Shown: positions 9,248 to 16,350 of the stretch, in pieces
Numbering within the stretch: position 1 is the stretch's first letter
Layout of the letters: every line of letters begins with the position of its first letter
NCBI GenBank assembly: GCA_963716055.1
Contig: CAVQSR010000001.1
Span: 838,791-902,790, forward strand
Source of the DNA: an uncultured Gemmatimonadales bacterium
GTDB taxonomy: Bacteria; Gemmatimonadota; Gemmatimonadetes; Gemmatimonadales; GWC2-71-9
DNA: 64,000 nucleotides
Direction of reading: 5' to 3'
Made by a program: the position numbers and the translations under genes
Notes under the pieces: generated by a model
Told to the model about the DNA's origin: nothing
Databases searched by the model: none
What the model saw: only the letters and a program-made list of their open reading frames with translations

Positions 9248-9886
9248 ATGCCCGCGCTAGCCGCCGCACTCCGTCTGATGGTGATCACCGATCCCCTGTT
9301 GCTCAAGGGACGGGACGCGGTGGAGGCCTGCCGCCAGGCCGTCCACGGTGGCGCCACCATGGTGCAAGTGCGCTACAAGGACGGCACGCCGGCAGAAGTC
9401 GCGGCCCTCACACGCGCGCTCCTCGCCGCGCTCCCCGCGCCGGTGATCGTGAACGACCGCGTGGATGTCGCGCTCGCGACCGGCGCGGCGGGCGCGCACC
9501 TTGGCCACGACGACGTCCCGCTCGCCGCCCTGCGCCCGCACGTGCCGCCCGGGTTCTGGCTCGGCATGTCCGTGGGCTCGGCGGCGGAGGCGGAGACCGC
9601 GCTGGCGCTCGCGGCGGACTACTGGAGCGTCGGCCCGTGCTTCGCCACGGGCACGAAGCCCGACGCGGGCCCCGCGCTCGGACCCGACGGCTTTGCTCGG
9701 CTCGCCCAGCGCGCGCCCGCCGGGATGCCGGTCATCGGGATCGGGGGCGTGGACGCCCCCGGCGCGGCCGCGCTGACGCGCGCGGGCGCCGCCGGGGTGG
9801 CCGTGATCGGGGCGGTGTGGGCGGCGGCCGACCCGGCGGCCGCCGCGCGCGCGCTGCGCCAGGCGGTGGCGACCGCGCGCGGCTGA
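9248..9886 (+). CDS. thiE: Thiamine-phosphate synthase
   Basis: Track ORF 9146..9886 trimmed to ATG 9248. It reads MPALAAALRLMVITD..., VQVRYK, VNDRVDVALA, HLGHDD, VIGIGGV. Confidence 0.85.
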   Translation: MPALAAALRLMVITDPLLLKGRDAVEACRQAVHGGATMVQVRYKDGTPAEVAALTRALLAALPAPVIVNDRVDVALATGAAGAHLGHDDVPLAALRPHVPPGFWLGMSVGSAAEAETALALAADYWSVGPCFATGTKPDAGPALGPDGFARLAQRAPAGMPVIGIGGVDAPGAAALTRAGAAGVAVIGAVWAAADPAAAARALRQAVATARG

Positions 9887-9896
9887 GCGCCGCTCC

Positions 9897-10880
9897 TCAC
9901 CGTCCCCGCCGCACCCGGCGGATCGCCTCGAGGTGCTGGGCGTACGTCGTCGAGAACACGTGCTTCCCGTCCGGCTGCGCGACGAAATAGAGGTACGGCA
10001 GGGCCTTGGGGAACAGCGCGGCCTCGAGGCTCGCCCGCCCCGGTTGGCTGATGGGCCCCGGCGGCAGGCCCGCGTGGCGGTACGTGTTGTACGGCGACGC
10101 AATGCGGAGGTGCTTCTCGAACACGCGCGGCAGCCGCCGCCCATGGGCGTAGATCACCGTCGGGTCGGCCTGGAGCGGCATGCCGCGGCGCAGCCGGTTG
10201 TGATACACGGCCGCCACGTACTCGCGGTCGGGAGCGTAGCGCACCTCCGCTTCGACGATCGAGGCGAGCGTCACGAGCTGGTGGCGCGACATGCCCAGCT
10301 CACGCAGGCGCGCGTCCCAGCCGGGCGCCCAGGTGCCGCGGAACTCCTCCGTCATCAGCCGCACCAGCTCGGGGGCCTGGATCCCCACGGGGAGGACGTA
10401 CGTCGTGGGGAAGAGGTATCCCTCGGCCGTGCTCGCGACGCCGGTCAGGCCGAGTGACGCGAGGACGTCGGAATCGCGCGCCGCCGCGTGAAAGGCGTCG
10501 CGGGGGATGGCGAGCCGGGTTTCGGCGATCGCCGCCACTTCAAACAGCATGAGCCCTTCGGGAACGCCCCAGCGCGCCTCGACCCCGCGGCCCACCCGCA
10601 AAGCGCGCACGACGTCGCGATAGCGTGCGGCCGTGGGGAACCGGTACGTGCCGGCCTTGAGCTCCGCGGGGAGACCCCGCACGCGGGCGTACAGCCGGAA
10701 CCACGCCGGCGCATCGACCACCCCGGCGGTCGCGAGGGAGTCCACCGCGGCGTCGAACGACGCCCCGCGCGGAATCGTGACCGTGACGCACCCATCGGAG
10801 GCCGCGGCCCCGGGGCACGGATCCCGTCGGGAGCCGGCGCAGGCGGTGAGCGCGAGCAGGAGGAGCAGCCGGGGGGTCAT
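9897..10880 (-). CDS. mltG: Endolytic murein transglycosylase MltG (YceG family)
   Basis: Track ORF trimmed to ATG 10880 (ATGA overlap with the ruvX stop). Membrane anchor is [16 protein letters not shown]. It has LASIVEAEV and SPYNTYRHAGLPPGPISQPG motifs. Confidence 0.85.
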   Translation of the reverse strand: MTPRLLLLLALTACAGSRRDPCPGAAASDGCVTVTIPRGASFDAAVDSLATAGVVDAPAWFRLYARVRGLPAELKAGTYRFPTAARYRDVVRALRVGRGVEARWGVPEGLMLFEVAAIAETRLAIPRDAFHAAARDSDVLASLGLTGVASTAEGYLFPTTYVLPVGIQAPELVRLMTEEFRGTWAPGWDARLRELGMSRHQLVTLASIVEAEVRYAPDREYVAAVYHNRLRRGMPLQADPTVIYAHGRRLPRVFEKHLRIASPYNTYRHAGLPPGPISQPGRASLEAALFPKALPYLYFVAQPDGKHVFSTTYAQHLEAIRRVRRGR

Positions 10881-11296
10881 CGGCTGGTGTCGAGATACTG
10901 CTGGAGCAGGATCGCCGCCGCGAGCGCGTCCACGTCTTCCTTGCGGCCGCGCGTCGTGCCACCGAGCTCGTGCACGGTGCGCAGCGCGCGTGCGGTCGTG
11001 AGGCGCTCGTCCCACAGCGCGACCGGCAGGCCGGTCCGGCGCGCGATAGCGTCCGCCAGCTCCCGCGCGCCGGCGGCGGCCGCGCCCTCGGCGCCCTCGC
11101 CGTCGAGCGGCAGCCCCACCACGATCCCCACGACCGCGTGGGTCGCGCAGTGATCGAGCAAGGCCCGCATCGGGAAGCGCTTGCCGGCGCGGCGGGTCAG
11201 CGTCGCGAGCGGGCGCGCAATGGTCTGGGTTTCGTCCGAGAGGGCCAGGCCGATGCGGCGCTCACCCCAATCGACCCCCAGCAGCCGCCCCGTCAC
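10877..11296 (-). CDS. ruvX: Holliday junction resolvase-like nuclease RuvX/YqgF
   Basis: 139 aa with GTG start (GTGA overlap with the rho stop). N-terminus is [21 protein letters not shown]. Confidence 0.85.
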   Translation of the reverse strand: MTGRLLGVDWGERRIGLALSDETQTIARPLATLTRRAGKRFPMRALLDHCATHAVVGIVVGLPLDGEGAEGAAAAGARELADAIARRTGLPVALWDERLTTARALRTVHELGGTTRGRKEDVDALAAAILLQQYLDTSR

Positions 11297-12552
11297 CCCT
11301 GCGCCATCGAGGCGAAGAACTCGGTGTTCGTCTTGGTCCGCTTCATGCGCTCGAGCAGGAACTCGATCGCCTCGACGGGCGGCATGTCGGCCAGGAAATT
11401 GCGCAGCAGGTAGGCCTTGTTGAGCTCCTCCTTCGTGAGGAGCAGCTCCTCCTTGCGCGTCCCGGAGCGCTGGACGTCGATCGCGGGGAACGTGCGCCGC
11501 TCCGCGATGCGTCGATCGAGGACGACTTCCGAGTTGCCGGTGCCCTTGAACTCCTCGAAGATGACCTCGTCCATGCGGGAGCCCGTGTCGATGAGCGCGG
11601 TGGCGACGATGGTGAGGGAACCGCCGCCTTCGATGTTGCGCGCGGCGCCGAAGAACCGCTTGGGTTTCTGGAGCGCGTTCGCGTCCACGCCGCCCGAGAG
11701 GATCTTGCCCGAGTGGGGCACCACTACGTTGTGCGCGCGCCCGAGACGCGTGATGGAGTCGAGCAGGATCACGACGTCCTTGCCGTGCTCGACCAGCCGC
11801 TTCGCTTTTTCGATCACCATGTCCGCCACCTGCACGTGGCGGTCGGCCGGCTCATCGAAGGTCGACGAAATCACTTCGACGTTGGGCCCCTGGACGTTCT
11901 CCTCCATGTCGGTGACCTCCTCCGGCCGCTCGTCGATGAGCAGCACGATGAGGTAGATCTCCGGGTGGTTCGCGATGATGGAATTGGCGAGCTTCTGGAG
12001 GATGATCGTCTTGCCGGCCTTGGGCGGCGACACGATCAGCGCGCGTTGCCCCTTGCCGATCGGACACAGCATGTCCATCACCCGGGTCGACAGGTCGCCG
12101 TCGGGGCGCTCGAGACGGATGCGCTGCTCGGGGTAGCGCGGGCGCAGGTTGTCGAAGGCGACCCGGTGCTTCGCTTTTTCGGGCTCCTCGCCGTTGACCG
12201 TCTCGACCTTGAGCAGCGCGAGGTAGCGCTCGCCTTCCTTGGGCGGCCGGACCTGACCGAGGATGGTGTCCCCGGTCCGGAGGTCGAAGCGCTTGATCTG
12301 GCTGGGCGACACGTAGATGTCGTCGGGGCCGTACAGGTAGTTCCAGTCGGGGCTGCGGAGGAATCCGTATCCTTCCGGCAGGATCTCGAGCACGCCCTCG
12401 CCGCGCAGCACGGTGTCGGAATCGAGGAGCGACTGTTCGATGCGGAAGATGAGATCCTGCTTGCGCAGCCCCGAGTAGTTGGAGAGGTTCAGGCTCTCGG
12501 CCAGCGCGAGCAGTTCTTCGACGGATTTCCTCTTGAGTTCGGCGATGTCCAC
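11293..12552 (-). CDS. rho: Transcription termination factor Rho
   Basis: 419 aa with GTG start. N-terminus is [23 protein letters not shown]. It has the RNA-binding domain and P-loop [15 protein letters not shown]. Confidence 0.95.
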   Translation of the reverse strand: MDIAELKRKSVEELLALAESLNLSNYSGLRKQDLIFRIEQSLLDSDTVLRGEGVLEILPEGYGFLRSPDWNYLYGPDDIYVSPSQIKRFDLRTGDTILGQVRPPKEGERYLALLKVETVNGEEPEKAKHRVAFDNLRPRYPEQRIRLERPDGDLSTRVMDMLCPIGKGQRALIVSPPKAGKTIILQKLANSIIANHPEIYLIVLLIDERPEEVTDMEENVQGPNVEVISSTFDEPADRHVQVADMVIEKAKRLVEHGKDVVILLDSITRLGRAHNVVVPHSGKILSGGVDANALQKPKRFFGAARNIEGGGSLTIVATALIDTGSRMDEVIFEEFKGTGNSEVVLDRRIAERRTFPAIDVQRSGTRKEELLLTKEELNKAYLLRNFLADMPPVEAIEFLLERMKRTKTNTEFFASMAQG

Positions 12553-12590
12553 GGGTGCGGGTACTCCGTTGGCCTGCGGGGAAGCGGCCG

Positions 12591-12649
12591 GGTGTGGGAT
12601 GGGTGTGGGTGTGCGGTTGTGCGGGTGTGCGGTTATGCGCGCAGAGTGC
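12591..12649 (-). promoter_or_regulatory. C-rich, G-poor tract in the rho 5' leader (rut-like; possible autoregulatory attenuator)
   Basis: The rho-sense strand reads CGCATAACCGCACACCCGCACAACCGCACACCCACACCCATCCCACACC. Hand count is 28 C and 4 G in 49 nt. It lies 39-97 nt upstream of the rho start. Confidence 0.35.
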
Positions 12650-12695
12650 GCGAAGTCGGAATCAGCGGGAGTGTACGAGTGACTATGCTACGGGT

Positions 12696-13820
12696 ATGGC
12701 CGACCTGAGTCAAGAGCGGGACCCGAACCTGGCGCAGTTCCTCGTGGCCTGGCGCACCACCGAGCTGCCGGATCGTCAAGTGATTGACGCACTTGTACAT
12801 CCGGTGCACGGCGGCCCCTCGGCGCCGCTCGCGGACGCCCTGACGCGCTGGCCGGGCTCGACCTACTGGTCGGACGAGCCCGACGGCCGCCACCTCGTGC
12901 TCACCCGTCCGCGGGCCCGCTCGGGGGAGCGCTGGGGCCTGCACGCGGCGCTGTTTCTCGCCACCCTCGTCACGACGACATACGCGGGCGCGATCCTCGC
13001 GGGCGCGATCGCGCCCGGCGATCTCCTCGGTCTGTTCAGCGCGCTGTCCCGTACCGTGGCGGCGGACTGGGTCGTCGGGCTGCGCTTCTCGCTTCCGCTC
13101 CTCGCCGTTCTGCTGGCGCACGAGATGGGCCACTACGTGGCCGCGCGGCGCTACAGCCTGAGCGTCTCGCCGCCGTACTTCATCCCGGTGCCCCTGTGGC
13201 CCTCGTTCATCGGCACGATGGGGGCGTTCATTCGGCTGCGGACCGTGCTGTCCGACCGGCGCCAGCTGCTCGACGTGGGCGCCGCCGGGCCGTTCGCCGG
13301 ATTCGCGATCGCGCTGCCGGTGCTCGCGATCGGTGTGGCGCGATCGGAGCCGCTGCCCGCGGCGGTGGGACTGCAGGGCATGGTGATCTGGTTCGGTGCC
13401 ATTCCCGCGGAGCTCGGCGACTCGCTCCTCACGCTCGTGCTGCGATGGGCGCTGGCGGGCGGCCACGCGGTCGCCCTCGACCCACTCGCGTTCGCGGGCT
13501 GGGTGGGGATGATGGTGACGATGCTCAACCTGCTCCCGATCTCGCAGCTCGACGGCGGACACGTGTTGTACGCGGCCTTCCCGCGCTGGCACGAGCGACT
13601 GGCGCGCGTCTTCTGGGTGCTCCTCCTGGCGCTGGGGTGGTACGGATGGGCCGGGTGGATGGTGTGGGCCGTGCTCGTCCTGGCGCTGTCGCGCGGCCGG
13701 CTGGCGCACCCGTCCGTGCTCGACGTGACGCGACCGCTGCCCGCGACGCGACGGTGGGGAGCGGTGGCGGCGCTGCTGCTGTTCGTGATCACGTTCGCGC
13801 CGGTACCGTTCAGGCTCTAA
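12696..13820 (+). CDS. Site-2 protease family (M50) membrane metalloprotease
   Basis: Track ORF 12555..13820 trimmed to ATG 12696. It has HEMGHY (HExxH), multiple TM segments and NLLPISQLDGGH. Confidence 0.8.
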   Translation: MADLSQERDPNLAQFLVAWRTTELPDRQVIDALVHPVHGGPSAPLADALTRWPGSTYWSDEPDGRHLVLTRPRARSGERWGLHAALFLATLVTTTYAGAILAGAIAPGDLLGLFSALSRTVAADWVVGLRFSLPLLAVLLAHEMGHYVAARRYSLSVSPPYFIPVPLWPSFIGTMGAFIRLRTVLSDRRQLLDVGAAGPFAGFAIALPVLAIGVARSEPLPAAVGLQGMVIWFGAIPAELGDSLLTLVLRWALAGGHAVALDPLAFAGWVGMMVTMLNLLPISQLDGGHVLYAAFPRWHERLARVFWVLLLALGWYGWAGWMVWAVLVLALSRGRLAHPSVLDVTRPLPATRRWGAVAALLLFVITFAPVPFRL

Positions 13821-13821
13821 G

Positions 13822-13877
13822 GGACGGGGGACGAGGGACGCGGGATGGGTCGCATCGGAGCCACCCGTCCCCCGTCC
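13822..13877 (+). terminator. Long-loop hairpin after the M50 gene
   Basis: GGACGGGGGACG (13822..13833) pairs with CGTCCCCCGTCC (13866..13877). It starts 2 nt after the stop and has no U-tract. Confidence 0.35.
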
Positions 13878-13898
13878 TGTCGTGATGTGACGGAACCT

Positions 13899-13929
13899 AT
13901 TGCGTAACCGTCGCTTAGTCTTATCTTTG
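13899..13929 (+). promoter_or_regulatory. Candidate FCB/Bacteroidetes-type promoter, ATTG-N19-TATCTTTG
   Basis: TATCTTTG (13922..13929) matches the -7 consensus TAnnTTTG exactly. TTG ends 19 nt upstream of it. The motif ends 24 nt before ATG 13953. Confidence 0.35.
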
Positions 13930-13952
13930 CCCAAACCAGCCCACGGCTCGGC

Positions 13953-14234
13953 ATGCCCGCACAACCGGCTCGCAATCCCGCGTCCGCCAATCCACCAGCA
14001 GTCCACGAATTGCCCCCCATCCGTTTCGATGGCAGCGAAGTTCCGGTTCGTCTCGCGGTGCGCCGCAGCGACGACGGGATGTGGCGGGGCCGGGTCCATT
14101 TCGGGGCGGAGGACACCGAGGGCGAGCGGGTGACCGCCGAGATCTTCTGCGCGGCCAGCGAACAGGATCTGTGGCAGTCCGTCCGCGACCTGCGGGACCA
14201 CCACCTGCGCGACCTGTACCGCTCCCTGCTCTGA
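13953..14234 (+). CDS. Hypothetical small protein (93 aa)
   Basis: Track ORF reading ...IRFDGSEVPVRLAVRRSDDGMWRGRVHFGAEDTEGERVTAEIFCAASEQDLWQSVRDLRDHHLRDLYRSLL. The stop overlaps the next start (TGATG). Confidence 0.55.
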   Translation: MPAQPARNPASANPPAVHELPPIRFDGSEVPVRLAVRRSDDGMWRGRVHFGAEDTEGERVTAEIFCAASEQDLWQSVRDLRDHHLRDLYRSLL

Positions 14235-14428
14235 TGACCGACGAGGCGGTGGACCGCATCGCCAAGCTGCGGCACGATCTGTCCAATCCTCTCGCCGCCC
14301 TGCTGATCGAGACCCAGCTGCTGCTCCAGGACGCGGGTCGCCTCGACGCCGAAACCGTCACCGCCCTCAAGGAAATCGAGACGCAGGCGCGGCGCATCCG
14401 CGACATCCTCCAGTCCACGAAGGCGTGA
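14234..14428 (+). CDS. Stand-alone histidine-kinase DHp (HisKA-like) domain protein, 64 aa, no ATPase domain
   Basis: This is the 3' part of track ORF 14081..14428, starting at ATG 14234. It reads MTDEAVDRIAKLRHDLSNPLAALLIETQLLLQDAGRLDAETVTALKEIETQARRIRDILQSTKA. The H-box HDLSNPL is followed by a second helix, then a stop. Confidence 0.55.
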   Translation: MTDEAVDRIAKLRHDLSNPLAALLIETQLLLQDAGRLDAETVTALKEIETQARRIRDILQSTKA

Positions 14429-14591
14429 GGCGGCGGCACCGGCCCCGGTTCAGTCACGCCGCGCGCTGGTGGCGCCAGCGCCGCGCGTTCCGCGTGCTGC
14501 GGGCGCGGGCGTGGCGCGGCCGATGGTGGCCCTGGCGGCGGAGTCCGTTCCCCGGTTGATCCAGCAATAATCGGCGTTTTCGGGCAGGCGG

Positions 14592-14624
14592 TCTGGCCCG
14601 GGGCTCGCCGGTTTCTTATCTTGA
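14592..14624 (+). promoter_or_regulatory. Candidate promoter TCTG-N21-TATCTTGA
   Basis: It shares the 9-mer TCTTATCTT with the 13920 site and ends 23 nt before ATG 14647. Its -33-like box is weaker. Confidence 0.3.
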
Positions 14625-14646
14625 CCGAGGTTCACTCTCCCAGGCG

Positions 14647-16350
14647 ATGATGCCAATCCGGACGCCCGTGGGGGCGGTCGTGTGCGCGGCCGCCTGCCTC
14701 GGATTCTTCAGTTGCTCGTTTCCCGACGACCAGAGCAACGCGGTCTACGTTGTCGTGTACCAGTCGGACTCGCTCGTGGCGCGCGGCGTGCTGGGCGACG
14801 GCGAGTCGGATCTGGTCTCTGCCCGCGCGTTTCGGGTCGTGAACGGCCTGCCCGACTCCGGGCGGCTGGACGACGTCGAGATCCGCAACGTCGCGTTCTC
14901 CTGGTCCAGTGACGCCGAGGCGGTCGCTACGGTCACCGCAGGCCCGCTGGGCGGGGCCGCCGTCATGGGTGTGACCCCGGGGCTCGTGACGATCCGCGCC
15001 CGGGCGCTGTCGTTCGAGGGGGCCCTCCCGGGCACGACCGACCTCCGGGTGGCCGGCCTCTACGCCGTGGACAGCGTGGCGCCGGCGACCGTGCGCTACG
15101 GCGAAAAGGTGACGCTGTACGGCGTACGCATGCAGCTGACGCTGGGAGCGGCCCTGGGCGGCGAGAACCTGTTCCTCGACCCGTTCGCCTTTGAGGGGAA
15201 CCGCGACGGCCTCGGGGTCGCCCGCCTGTGGGTCCCGCCGCGCGCCACGAGCAGCCTCCTGACCTTCGTGGGTCCGGGCGTGTTCGGGCTGAGCGACTCG
15301 GTCACCGTCGTCGAGCGGGACCTCTACGAGCCCGATTCGGCGCTGGCCACGCGCCTCGACGTCAACGGGGCGGGGGGCCAGCCGGCGATCGGCGGCAACC
15401 CGACGCTGTTCTACAACCCGGCCCTGTACTACGAGCCCGTGGCCATCGGCCGGTCGGCCGCCGACTGGTTTCGCTTCGTGCGGGCCGATACCACGCAGGC
15501 CGTCACGTTCATCCTGAACTCGACGGTGCTCAACGACACGGCCTTCTCGCTGCTGAGCGACACCCTGGAGTTCGACCCGGTCGGCGGCGGGTACTCGGTG
15601 GCCCCGGGGTCCTGGGTCAACTCACCCGGATTCTACGCCTGCAACGACCGGTTCTTTTTCCCGATCGAGAACCGCCCCGTCTCGACGATCATCGCGCTGC
15701 GAAGCCTGCCGGACACCTCGATCCAGCTGCTGTCGTTCTTCGCACGCGACGGGCGCTACGAGCTGGCGGTCGTGAGGGGTTACCACACCGTGGATCGCCG
15801 CATCGGGCCGGACCGCTTCGAGGAAAACGACATCTGGTGCCGGTACGCCGATCGCAACTTCGCCGACCCGGCCAGGCAGATCCTGATCTCCGGTGCCGCG
15901 CCCCTGTTCCAGGACACGCTCACGATCGACAACCCGCACGACATCGACTGGTACCGCTTCCGCACGACCGTCACCGACACGATTACGGTGCAGTTGCGGC
16001 CTCGTCCCCTGGCCACGGGCGTGGACGCCTCCGATATCGACTTGTACGTCATGCGTGTTTCGGACTTCGCTTTCCTGGGCGCGGACCAGGCCACGGGTTC
16101 GTTCGCCAAGATCAAGCTGTTCCTGCCGATCGGCGACTACTACGTCGGCGTCGTGGACCGCATCGGGGTGCCGACCCGGTATTCGATGTGCATCGTGCGA
16201 GGCACGGCGTGTACGCCTCCCGCCGCCGCGCCCGAAGCGCCGGCGGCGGCCGCGCTTCGCGCCCGGGGCTCCGGGCCCGCCCGTGATCCCACGACCCCGC
16301 CGCCCGGCTGGAGCGGCGGACGGAGGATGCTGCCATCGCCGCGCCCGTAG
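14647..16350 (+). CDS. Secreted protein or probable lipoprotein with Big_2-like and pre-peptidase C-terminal (PPC)-like domains
   Basis: 567 aa. Signal is MMPIRTPVGAVVCAAACLGFFSC. Ig-like segment is VATVTAGPLGGAAVMGVTPGLVTIRARA. PPC-like segment is HDIDWYRFRT...DIDLYVM...GDYYVGVVD. Confidence 0.75.
   Translation: MMPIRTPVGAVVCAAACLGFFSCSFPDDQSNAVYVVVYQSDSLVARGVLGDGESDLVSARAFRVVNGLPDSGRLDDVEIRNVAFSWSSDAEAVATVTAGPLGGAAVMGVTPGLVTIRARALSFEGALPGTTDLRVAGLYAVDSVAPATVRYGEKVTLYGVRMQLTLGAALGGENLFLDPFAFEGNRDGLGVARLWVPPRATSSLLTFVGPGVFGLSDSVTVVERDLYEPDSALATRLDVNGAGGQPAIGGNPTLFYNPALYYEPVAIGRSAADWFRFVRADTTQAVTFILNSTVLNDTAFSLLSDTLEFDPVGGGYSVAPGSWVNSPGFYACNDRFFFPIENRPVSTIIALRSLPDTSIQLLSFFARDGRYELAVVRGYHTVDRRIGPDRFEENDIWCRYADRNFADPARQILISGAAPLFQDTLTIDNPHDIDWYRFRTTVTDTITVQLRPRPLATGVDASDIDLYVMRVSDFAFLGADQATGSFAKIKLFLPIGDYYVGVVDRIGVPTRYSMCIVRGTACTPPAAAPEAPAAAALRARGSGPARDPTTPPPGWSGGRRMLPSPRP

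Noticed and set aside
8002-11015. 5' extensions of track ORFs 8002..9360, 9146..9886 and 9897..11015
   Set aside because: The extensions overlap neighbouring genes or promoters and are R/P/G-rich. Conserved N-termini (MEVVVTAKG..., MPALAAALRLMVITD..., [14 protein letters not shown]...) begin at internal starts with SD sequences or ATGA coupling.
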